Origin: Octopus vulgaris
Taxonomy: Eukaryota
DNA length: 64,000 nucleotides
Direction of reading: 5' to 3'
NCBI GenBank assembly: GCA_951406725.2
Contig: OX597833.1
Location: 55,428,001-55,492,000 of the forward strand
Shown here: piece after piece, positions 51,402 to 62,189 of the stretch
Position numbering within the stretch: position 1 is the stretch's first letter
Layout: each line of letters opens with the position of its first letter
Program-made: the position numbers and the translations under genes
Notes under the pieces: generated by a model
The model's input: only the letters and a program-made list of their open reading frames with translations
What the model was told of the DNA's origin: nothing
Database searches by the model: none

Positions 51402-52955
51402 CTTTTCTTATTTCTTTACTGCCCACAAGGGGCTACACACAGAGGGGACAAACAAGGACAGACAAACGGATTAAGTCGATTATATCGACCCCAGTACGTA
51501 ACTGATACTTATTTAATTGACCCCGAAAGGATAAAAGGCATAGTCGACCTCGGTGGAATTTGAACTCAGAACGTAACGGCAGACGAAATACTGCTAAGCA
51601 TTTCGCCCGGCGTGCTAATGATTCTACCAGCTTGCCACCTTTCTAATATAGACACAAGGCCTGAAATTTTGGGGAAGGAGGCTAGTCCATTAGATTGAGC
51701 CTAACTAGTACTTAATTTATTGACCATTAATAAGAATAATGAAATACCAGGCATTGGCTCTCATGGCTTCTGATCTTAACTGATTAGAAGTGTTATCATG
51801 TACATATTTTGTCTTGGTGTAAGAGATGAGCTACAGCAAATATTCTGCTCAATACCACAGATTTGCTTGTCATTTGTTTGACCGTAACCAGTTGAGCATG
51901 TTCCTTAGTGGCTGACGATATGTGCATCTCTGATCATGAGCAGAAGTAGTGGGGGAAGCATCGTTGAGAGGAATTCTTTGGGGTTTGAATAATTCACCTC
52001 TGGAAACATGGGTATTTTGTTCAACATCCTTAAACGACACATATTCAAGGACCTTTTGAGTGAAATGGGTACTTGACCTGAAAAAAAATTCTAACTGGGC
52101 TCCACCTGCAAGGTCATGTGCTGTTCATCATGTTATGAGATCACCATATCATGAACATATGGTTGTGATACATGTGCCTGGTGTGCCCTTATCAAACAGG
52201 GAATCATGATGGGTATACTGGTCTTTGTATATTTTACTCCATATCATTGTGCTAGCACACACGGCTCTCTCACTCAATAATAATAATAATAATAATAATG
52301 GTTTCAAATTTTGGTACAGGGTGAGCAGTTTCAGGAGAGGAGTTAAGTTGATTATATTAACCCCCAACGCTCAACTGGTACTTATTTTATTGACCCTAAA
52401 AGGATGAAAAGCAAAGTCAACCTCAGCGGAATTTGAACACAGGATATTAAGACAGACTAAATGCTGCTAAGCATTTTGCCTGGCATGCTAACACTTCTTC
52501 TGGTTCACTGCCATAATAATAATAATAATAATAATAATAAGGATTATATATTCAGAGATTTATTATTGCTCGTTTACACTTTTTCAAGATCAGTGATGAA
52601 AAGTCACTGGAAAAAGGATATATGTATTTGCATTGGGACCCCTTCACATCGAAAACCGGTGATTGTCATGCACTGATAAATACCCAGAAACCTAGGTCCG
52701 TACGTATCATGTCAGGTTGACGATGGGAAGGATGTCTTCCCTTTGCAAATACCGATAGGGCACAGAAAGTGTGCCAATAGCCAGCTGAAGAAGATGTTCT
52801 CCTGGGGCTACAAGCTACAGTAGCATCCACCCTTAGTGGTTAACCACATTTAATTGGCAAATATGCTTCACATTGTCGTGCAGTTACTGTTTATACCTGA
52901 TTTAGATATTTAGATATATATATATTCTTCCTTTTGACTCTTTTACTCTTTACTT

Positions 52956-52987
<32 letters not shown>

Positions 52988-53980
52988 ATGTAAATGCAAG
53001 CTTTAATAGCAAATCTCATTTGTTTAGCACTAGACACCATTGTCAAGTTGCTGACTTAGCATTTCTATATCAACATATATAAGATTATCTTTTACAATTA
53101 CTACAGAATTAAATATTTTTCAGCGACAGCTGTGTGTAGGTACCTCCTCAGGTGGAATGCTATTAAGTGTTGTCGGATTTCTTTGAGTTTCCTCAGATAT
53201 ACCATGTCTGTTACTCTCCACCAATAAGTTCATTAGATTCTGTGCGACACACATTATTGTGGTATTAAAGCCTGCTATTTCCCATCTCCATGTTATATTA
53301 TTCTTATATTAATCCTCTACAATAGTGGGGTTTCACATGTTTATCCAGCCTTGGAAAAGATCCTACTGTAGAGTGACAGTATAGGGGCTTTTTAATGCAC
53401 ATTATGAGGTTATTACCTGAATTGTACTAAATATTTATATGCCAGCCTCCCCTGGCACCTGTGCTAGTGGCATGTAAAAAGCACCTACTACACTCACGGA
53501 GTGGTTGGCGTTAGGAAGGGCATCCAGCTGTAGAAACACTGCTAGATCAGACTGGAGTCTGGTGCAGCCTCCTGGCTTCCCAGACCCCGGTCAAACCGTC
53601 CAACCCGTGCTAGCACGGAAAACACGTTAAACAACGATGATATATATATATATATATATACTAGATATATGTCTGTTTTCTATGTTGGCATGGGGTGGAC
53701 AGACTGTCAGGGGCTGACCAGCTGAAGGGCTATTCAGGCTCCATGTTTGTTTTACCATGGTTTCTATGGCTGGATGCCCTTCCTAACACTAGCCCCTTTA
53801 CATAGTGTACCGGGTGCTTTTACACAGCACCAGCATGGGTGCTTTTCGTGTGGCCCCTGCACCTATGTGCCCGCAAGACTAGGAATGCTCAGCTGGAGAG
53901 GGTTGCAGGGGACAATCCTGTATGCAAGGGGAGCCATGTTTTTACTTAGTCTGACGTCTTTTCAAGCACAACAAACAAAC

Positions 53981-54365
53981 AGTAGCTTGCTTACCAACCA
54001 CATGGTTCCGGGTTCAGTTCCTCTGCATGGCACCTTGGGCAAGTGTTTTCTACTATAGCCTTGGGCTGACCAAAGTCTTGTGAGTGGATTTGGTAGACGG
54101 AAACTGAAAGAAGCCCGTCGTATATATGTCTATATGTGTGTATATATATATGTGTGTGTGTGTTTGTGTTTGTCCCCAAACATCGCTTGACAACCGATGC
54201 TGGTGTGTTTACGTCCCCATAACTTAGCGGTTCGGCAAAAGAGACTGATAGAATAAGTACTAGGCTTACAAAGTATATGTCCTGGGGTTGATTTCTTCGA
54301 CTAAAGGTGGTGCTCTAGCATGGCCGCAGTCCAATGACTGAAACAAGTAAAAGGGTAAAAGAGAA
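53981..54365 (+). mobile_element. SINE family A, 5'-truncated
   Basis: Homolog of 14882-15277. Confidence 0.8.
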
Positions 54366-54536
54366 AGATAGATAGACAGACAGACAGACACTCACTCACT
54401 CACATGTGTACATACTTACATACATTAACCTTCTATGAATTAGACTAGTAATACACCTTGTATTTTTGGAAGGAAACATATAATCAGACACAAAGCATGT
54501 ATAATGAATAGTTAGCTATACATATATATATATAAT

Positions 54537-56198
54537 GGAGCCATACCCAATGACTGGTGCAGCAGTACCATAGTCAACTGCTACAAGGGTAAGGGTGATG
54601 CTCTAGATAGAAATAACTACAGAGGTATCAAACTGTTGGACCAGGTGATGAAGGTCTCAGAGAAGGTCATAACCAATCTCATTAGGGAGAGAATTTGTTT
54701 AGATGAAATGCAGTTCGGTTTTGTACCAGGTAGAAGCACCACTGATGCTATATTCCTGGTCCGACAACTGCAGGAGAAGTACCTAGCTAAAGATAAACCC
54801 CTCTACATAGCTTTTGTAGACTTGGAGAAAGCCTTTGACAGGGTTCCCCGTTCCCTTATCTGGTGGTCGATGCGGAAACTGGAGATTGAAGAATGGCTAA
54901 TAAGGGCTGTACAGGCTCTATACAGAGAGGCTGTTAGCAAGGTTAGGATTGGCAACGAATATAGTGAAGAATTCCGAGTAGAAGTAGGTGTGCACCAGGG
55001 CTCAGCCCTCAGTCCCCTTTTGTTCATCATAGTCCTTCAAGCAATAACAGAGGAATTCAAAACGGGATGCCCCTGGGAGCTCCTCTATGCCGATGACCTA
55101 GCTCTCATAGCAGAATCACTACCGGAACTAGAAGAGAAATTTCGGGTATGGAAGCAAGGGTTGGAATCAAAGGGCCTTAGAATAAATGTAGCAAAGACCA
55201 AAGTATTAGTAAGCAGCAAGAGGTACTCAACACACATCCCCTCGGGTAGGTGGCCCTGCTCAACCTGTAGGAAAGGTACAGGTAGAAACTCCATAAGATG
55301 CACCCAATGTAAGTTATGGACACATAAGAGGTGCAGCAACATTAAAGGGAAATTAACAGATAAGATAGCTTTCATGTGCGGCAGATGCACAGGGACAATA
55401 GACACAACAGACACTCAGAAAACAGATTCCATCACACTCCAGGGAGAGAAACTAGAAGTAGTTGATAGTTTCCGCTACCTGGGAGACCAAGTTAGTAGCG
55501 GAGGTGGATGCACAGAGAGTATCACCACTAGAATACGAATAGCCTGGGCAAAGTTCAGAAAGCTCCTACCCCTACTGGCAACAAAAGGCCTCTCCCTCAG
55601 AGCAAAAGGTAGATTATATGATGCATGTGTGCGAACTGCCATGCTTCACGGTAATGAAACATGGGCTGTGACTGCAGAAGACATGCGTAGACTTGAAAGA
55701 AATGAAGCTAGCATGATCCGCTGGATGTGTAGTGTCAGTGTGCACGCAAAACAGAGTGTAAGTATCCTGAGAGAAATGCTGGATATAAGAAGCATCAGAT
55801 GTGGTGTGCAAGAGCGACGCTTGCGATGGTATGGTCATGTGCTGCGGATGGATGAAGAGAGATGTGTGAAGAAGTGCCACTCCCAAACAGTTGAAGGTAT
55901 CAGGGGGAGAGGTAGACCCAGGAAGACATGGGATGAGGTGGTCAAGCATGACCTCAGAGCATTGGGCCTCACTGAGGCAATGGCGAAGGACCGAGATCTC
56001 TGGAGATATGCTGTGACTACAAAGACCCGGGCTGCTTTCTGCAGCAATTCCACATACCCCCTACCCATTCTAAGTACCCCCCTACCCATTCTAAGTACCC
56101 CGGATCCCCAAAGTACCCCGGATCCCCAAAGTACCCTAGATCCCCAAAATACCCCGATCCCCAAAGTACCCCGGACCTCGTTGCCCCCGTGCCGCTGA
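54537..56198 (+). CDS. Non-LTR reverse transcriptase ORF fragment with an embedded C4HC3 finger
   Basis: IPNDW...YKGKGD...NYRGIKLL, QFGFVPGRSTTDAIF, FVDLEKAFDRV, GVHQGSALSPLLF, LLYADD, FRYLG; the frame is open upstream of the track's 54636 start. Confidence 0.9.
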   Translation, partial: GAIPNDWCSSTIVNCYKGKGDALDRNNYRGIKLLDQVMKVSEKVITNLIRERICLDEMQFGFVPGRSTTDAIFLVRQLQEKYLAKDKPLYIAFVDLEKAFDRVPRSLIWWSMRKLEIEEWLIRAVQALYREAVSKVRIGNEYSEEFRVEVGVHQGSALSPLLFIIVLQAITEEFKTGCPWELLYADDLALIAESLPELEEKFRVWKQGLESKGLRINVAKTKVLVSSKRYSTHIPSGRWPCSTCRKGTGRNSIRCTQCKLWTHKRCSNIKGKLTDKIAFMCGRCTGTIDTTDTQKTDSITLQGEKLEVVDSFRYLGDQVSSGGGCTESITTRIRIAWAKFRKLLPLLATKGLSLRAKGRLYDACVRTAMLHGNETWAVTAEDMRRLERNEASMIRWMCSVSVHAKQSVSILREMLDIRSIRCGVQERRLRWYGHVLRMDEERCVKKCHSQTVEGIRGRGRPRKTWDEVVKHDLRALGLTEAMAKDRDLWRYAVTTKTRAAFCSNSTYPLPILSTPLPILSTPDPQSTPDPQSTLDPQNTPIPKVPRTSLPPCR

Positions 56199-56447
56199 CA
56201 CGTTAAAATGCTCGAATCCGATCGTGACGATGCCGGACCCTCCGGCCCCTGTGCAGGTGGCACGTAAAAAGCACCCAATCCACTCACGGAGTGGTTGGCG
56301 TTAGGAAGGGCATCCAGCCGTAGAAACTCTGCCAGATTCAGACTGGAGCCTGGAGCGGCCCCTGGCTTCCCAGACCCGGTCAAACCGTCCAACCCGTGCT
56401 AGCGCGGAAAGCGGACGTTAAACGATGATGATGATGATGATGATGAT
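54537..56447 (+). mobile_element. 5'-truncated RTE-clade LINE (~1.9 kb; no endonuclease domain) ending in (GAT)n, inserted in (TA)n
   Basis: Uninterrupted RT reading frame followed by a 3' UTR and microsatellite tail. Confidence 0.93.
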
Positions 56448-56684
56448 ATATATATACTCACACAGTTTTACCTATCTTTAATTTCTGGCAGGGAACAATC
56501 ATGCTCAAAATACACGTTCATAAATATCTTCAAACTTCTTTTCTCCCTCTCTCTCTCCCTCCCCCTCCCTCTCTTGTACACACACACACAAACGCACACA
56601 TGATTGTATTATTCATACTCTGGTTTCTCTTCACCCTAAACGACTTAACCTTTTGCCTTCTAGTAAAGACAAGTGATTATTCTT

Positions 56685-57267
56685 CGTCTGCTAGCCTCGT
56701 CTGGCACCTGTGTCGGTGGCACATAAAAACACCATCCGAGCGTGGCCGTTCGCCAGCCTCGTCTGGCACCTGTGTCGGTGGCACATAAAAACACCATCCG
56801 AGCGTGGCCGTTCGCCAGCCTCGTCTGGCACCTGTGTCGGTGGCACATAAAAACACCATCCGAGCGTGGCCGTTCGCCAGCCTCGTCTGGCACCTGTGTC
56901 GGTGGCACATAAAAACACCATCCGAGCGTGGCCGTTCGCCAGCCTCGTCTGGCACCTGTGTCGGTGGCACATAAAAACACCATCCGAGCGTGGCCGTTCA
57001 CCAGCCTCGTCTGGCACCTGTGTCGGTGGCACATAAAAACACCATCCGAGCATGGCCGTTCGCCAGCCTCGTCTGGCACCTGTGTCGGTGGCACAGAAAA
57101 TCACCCACTACACTCTCGGAGTGGTTGGCATTAGGAAGGGCATCCAGCTGTAGAAACACTGCCAGATCTGACTGGCCTGGTGCAGCCTTCGGGCTCCCCA
57201 GACCCCAGTTGAACCATCCAACCCATGCTAGCATGGAAAGCGGACGTTAAATGATGATGATGATGAT
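56685..57267 (+). mobile_element. RTE 3' UTR fragment consisting of ~7 tandem 62-bp modules plus the (GAT)n-tailed end
   Basis: Unit GCCAGCCTCGTCTGGCACCTGTGTCGGTGGCACATAAAAACACCATCCGAGCGTGGCCGTTC; same subfamily as 49320-49728. Confidence 0.9.
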
Positions 57268-57310
57268 CACTTCAAACTTGTATTTACAAATACCTTCACC
57301 CATACTAATA

Positions 57311-57652
57311 GGTGTAGGAGTGGCGCTGTGTGGTAAGAAGCTTGCTTATGAACCACTTGGTTCCGGTTTCAAGTTCACTGCGTGGCACCTTTGGCAAGTG
57401 TCTTCAACCATAGCCTCGGGTCGACCAAAGCCTTGTGAGTCGATTTGGTAGGCAAAAACTGAAAGAAACCCCGTCGTATGTATATATATGTGTGTGTGTG
57501 TCTGTATGCTTGTCCCAACATCGCGGTTCAGCAAAAGAGACCGATACAATAAGTACTAGGCTTACAAAGAATAAGTCCTGGGGTCGATTTGCTCGACTAA
57601 AGGTGATGCTCCAGCATGGCCGCAGTCAGATGACTGAAACAAGTAAAAGAGT
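57311..57652 (+). mobile_element. SINE family A (internally deleted)
   Basis: Homolog of 14882-15277. Confidence 0.8.
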
Positions 57653-57965
57653 ATTGCCAATGTATATGTAATATGTGTCTGAATTACAGATCTACATTTC
57701 CTTCAAGAAATGTAAGATATATCAGTGTTGTATACAATACTACCAGTCTGGTTTATGGAGGGTTTAATGTATGTAAGTATATATATATATATATATTTAC
57801 TGCACATTTTACCTAACTTCATGTGAATATGTATACAAATACACACATACACATATAACACAAAGATGGAAAAAACAGGCCTTAATTGTTTAATTGCAGA
57901 TTACAACATTTGTTTCTGTGCCAAATACCAGCTTTAAGTTGCTGAGTTTTCATTCATTTACTATT

Positions 57966-58171
57966 ACTCTTTTACTTGTTTCAGTCATTTGACTGTGGCC
58001 ATGCTGGAGCACCACCTTTAGTCGAGCAAATCGACCCCAGGACTTATTCTTTGTAAGCTTAGTACTTATTCTATCGGTCTGTTTTGCCGAACCGCTAAGT
58101 GACGGGGACGTAAACACACCAGCATCGGTTGTCAAGCGATGTTGGGGAGACAAACACAGACCCACAAACAT

Positions 58172-58208
<37 letters not shown>

Positions 58209-58371
58209 CGACGGGCTTCTTTCAGTTTCCGTCTACCAAATCCACTCACAAGGCTTTGGTTGGCCCAAGGCTATAGTAGAAGACACTTGCCCAAGGTGTT
58301 ACGTAGTGGGACTGAACCCGGAACCATGTGGTTGGTAAGCAAGCTACTTACCACACAGCCACTCCTGCACC
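57966..58371 (-). mobile_element. SINE family A
   Basis: Full-length reverse-complement copy. Confidence 0.85.
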
Positions 58372-58909
58372 TATTGTTTAAAGTTATTTTATAAATATGA
58401 ATGAATACTCAGGAACTCCAACCCGATGTCTGGTACAGAAGCAAATGCAGTTTGCAATTAAAGCCTGTTTTTTTTCCATCTACATAAATTTGATCTTAAT
58501 CGTATACCATAGTGGAATTCCATATGTTTATCCAGTTCAGGGAAAAACTTAGCTGTAAGATGGCATATGGTAACCAATTACAACCTAGGAGTTTTTAAAT
58601 ACATGTTATGAGGTTATTACCAGATTACATTTCGTGTATATATATGTGTGTGTGTGTATGTGTATATGCATGTGTGTATATGTATATATATGTATATATA
58701 TATACATATGTATATATATGTGTGTAAATATATGTGTATATATATGTGTGTATGTATATATATATATGTGTGTATATATATGTTTATATATATATATGTT
58801 TATATATGTGTATGTCTATGTATATATATATATGTGTGTATATGTATATATATATGTATATGTATATATGTGCATGTGTGTGTATATGTATATATATATG
58901 TATGTATAT

Positions 58910-59758
58910 ATACCTACTACATATGTGGGAAATTCTGTCTGTGGATGTGTTTGTGGAGTTGTTAGCTAACTCTTACATTATTGTATCAATTTTGATGAAA
59001 TTTGACACGTGAGTAGAACACATGTCAGGAAACCTCATGGCATACTCAGATTGTTGAAAAAAAAATCAATAATAGGGCTCCTAGAAGGAATCCTTGTATA
59101 TAACCAAGGGAAATAACTAATTCATGTTCCTAAATGATTTCGTAAAAATGAAATTGAATATGCTTATTTCTTAGTACTTGAACTGTTAGAGTTATTTTCG
59201 CAATTTATCCAGTACAACCCTTAAACAAGAAAATAGTATTTTCCTAAACAATAGATCCACTTATTTCGGTTAGTGACTTATTCACGAATATACCAGCACT
59301 AACGCCCCTGGGGGTAATATTCTCTGGAAACGCACAAAAGTCCTTTTCAGAGTTATTTATTTGGAATTGTTATTATCTCATATCTGATTAGCCTGTTATT
59401 ACATAACATGCTTCACAATTTTAGTATACGTACCTTATTAGTATTTCCTCCTATGTTCTATATACTCTGGGAATGCATTAAAGCCCTTTTCGGGGCTACC
59501 TTATTCAAATTCTTACTATTGTGTAACTAATTTCATGTTATTACATAACTGATTCACAATTTGGGTATTCGTAACTTATTGGGAATTCTTAAAAACAAGA
59601 TCCTGTGTAAGACAATTCGATATTCTCTGTATATGCACAAAAACCATTTTAAGGGCTACATAGTTTGTATTGTTGTTATTGGATTAGCGAAACAATTATG
59701 AAAATGGAACCAAGGGATAAACCCTGCTTTCCCGGGAATTACTGGGTACGTCAGCTAG
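58910..59758 (+). mobile_element. Probable non-autonomous Helitron (~850 bp) between microsatellite tracts
   Basis: Ends CCCGG-GAATTA-CTGGG-tacgtcag-CTAG; 5' boundary uncertain. Confidence 0.5.
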
Positions 59759-59781
59759 CATATATATATATATATACATAC

Positions 59782-59850
<69 letters not shown>

Positions 59851-59933
59851 CATATATACATATACATACATATATACATACATACATATATACATACACA
59901 TACATATACGTACATACATATATATTTCTATAC

Positions 59934-59966
<33 letters not shown>

Positions 59967-60160
59967 CATACATACATATGTATATATACATACATACATA
60001 TATACATACATACATATATACATACATACATATATATATATACATACATATATATATATATATACATACATATATATATATATATACATACATACATATA
60101 TATATATACATACATACATATATATATACATACATATATATATATACTTACATATATATT

Positions 60161-60230
<70 letters not shown>

Positions 60231-60395
60231 CACATTAGTACATAAAACTAATATGGTATTGAATCATGCCACATTATTCACTAGCTACTTTTATTTAATA
60301 ATATTCTCCATTTGAGTCTTCCTTTCTCTGTTTACTGCAGGTTTGTTCTTTCCTATGAATTTATTCATTCTTTCTATGTAAAATTTAATTATAAA

Positions 60396-61118
60396 TGGAT
60401 GTATACCATCTTAACTATACTATTTTAATATGTTAATGCTGGAATTTATTTCACTAACGGTACGCATCTTTTTAAATTACCTGAGATATTGTATCTGACA
60501 ATCTCCATTGAGTGAAAGCAGAATAAATCTGTAATACATATTGAACCAATGTTTCACACACACACACACACACACACTAGGGAGAGTGAGAGAGTTCCAC
60601 TATTGTTTAATGAATGGATCTATACACCTTGTGCTCATAAAGATTTTCAACTAATGTCTTACCTGTGTCCAGTGTGTGTTTATATATATAGATAATATAT
60701 ATAGGTTAAAGACAAGTGTTCTCTATATAGAATACACTCCGAAGTCCTTAAGATATTGGATGTATACCATCTTAACTATACTATTTTAATATGTTAATGC
60801 TGGAATTTATTTCACTAACGGTACGCATCTTTTTAAATTACCTGAGATATTGTATCTGACAATCTCCATTGAGTGAAAGCAGAATAAATCTGTAATACAT
60901 ATTGAACCAATGTTTCACACACACACACACACACACACTAGGGAGAGTGAGAGAGTTCCACTATTGTTTAATGAATGGATCTATACACCTTGTGCTCATA
61001 AAGATTTTCAACTAATGTCTTACCTGTGTCCAGTGTGTGTTTATATATATAGATAATATATATAGGTTAAAGACAAGTGTTCTCTATATAGAATACACTC
61101 CGAAGCCCTTAAGATATT
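60396..61118. repeat. 361-bp direct tandem duplication (2 copies)
   Basis: 60396-60757 is repeated at 60757-61118; only one mismatch seen, and the (CA)n tracts appear to be the same length. Confidence 0.92.
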
Positions 61119-61137
61119 TGAACTTGAGTAAGTAGAG

Positions 61138-61660
61138 AAGTAAATATAAGGACAAGTTAGGCAAGTTGATTTACACAGAATATTGGATACATTTAATACA
61201 AAAATGTACGTGTGTATGAATATAAAGTAGTCCAACTTGAACAGAATATAAATGATATCAGGAGTTGAATGGGTTGAGTTTTATGAGACCGACAGCTGTT
61301 TCTGGGTGCTTGGTGGACTGGAATAATGAGAGTTACTTGGGTCCATCATCAGATAACACTGCCTCCATTTGTCCATCCTTAAACTCCATCCTGTCAACAG
61401 CTTAAATGTGTAAAGCTCTCTCCTGAAGACGGAAGCAGTGTTATCTGATAACAGAATAAAGTAACTGTCACTATTCCAGACCAGCAAGCTCCCAGAAACA
61501 GCTGTTAGACTTGTAAAACTCAACCCATTCAACTCCTGATATTTATATTCTGTGTAAGTTGCACTATTTTATATTCATACTCACATGCATTTTTTTGTAT
61601 TAAGGTATCTAATATTCTGTGTAAATCGACTTGCCTAACTTGCTTGTCATTACATTTACC
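61138..61660. repeat. Diverged ~230-bp inverted repeat, Penelope-like terminal-repeat candidate
   Basis: AGTTAGGCAAGTTGATTTACACAGAATATT / AATATTCTGTGTAAATCGACTTGCCTAACT; ATATCAGGAGTTGAATGGGTTGAGTTTTA / TAAAACTCAACCCATTCAACTCCTGATAT; GAAACAGCTGTY in each arm. Confidence 0.75.
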
Positions 61661-62030
61661 CCTATATATATATATTGTGTGTGTGGTTATAATTTTTCAG
61701 CATAAATATTCAGGTCACGTCTGGTTAGTATGTCCATACATATATATGACTTATTTTCAATGGGGCATTAATAATGGTCAAAGTTATTTGGGTTTCATAA
61801 TTCCAAGAGAATTCTTTCCCAACACCCTCCTTTCTGTTAACATTTCAACATTTTTTTCTTAAAGAACTATTTATAAACAATTTCTTTTAAAAATATTTAA
61901 TCACATTTAATCCATTTTTTTTTTCTTCTCTATATCTCTCTATCTCTATTTTTAAACCTTAATCTGTTTGGTAAAAATCTTTCTAGTTTTTGTACTCTGC
62001 TTACTACTGTGGTGTGCGTGTGTGTTGCAG

Positions 62031-62189
62031 GAGTCGATGATCAACATATATTCTGACTGTGGGGAAGCAAAAGGCAAGGGCATGTTCCAAAGAGTCAAAA
62101 CTATCGTAAATCAAGGAATAGACACCAATCGGATGTTTATGTTCGATAACGCATCTGAACTTCTCGTTAGCCAAATGCGCATTTTGCAG
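62031..62189 (+). CDS. NUGGC: NUGGC-like GTPase exon i (ESMINIYSDCGEAKGKGMFQRVKTIVNQGIDTNRMFMFDNASELLVSQMRILQ)
   Basis: ttgcAG acceptor, GTgggt donor; 159 nt, phase 0/0; M...Y..C....G.G.F.R.K motif directly continues exon h. Confidence 0.85.

Noticed and set aside
56685-57110. 62-bp palindromic repeat array resembling a CRISPR array
   Set aside because: Units are identical with no unique spacers, there are no cas genes, and the array is continuous with a eukaryotic LINE 3' UTR
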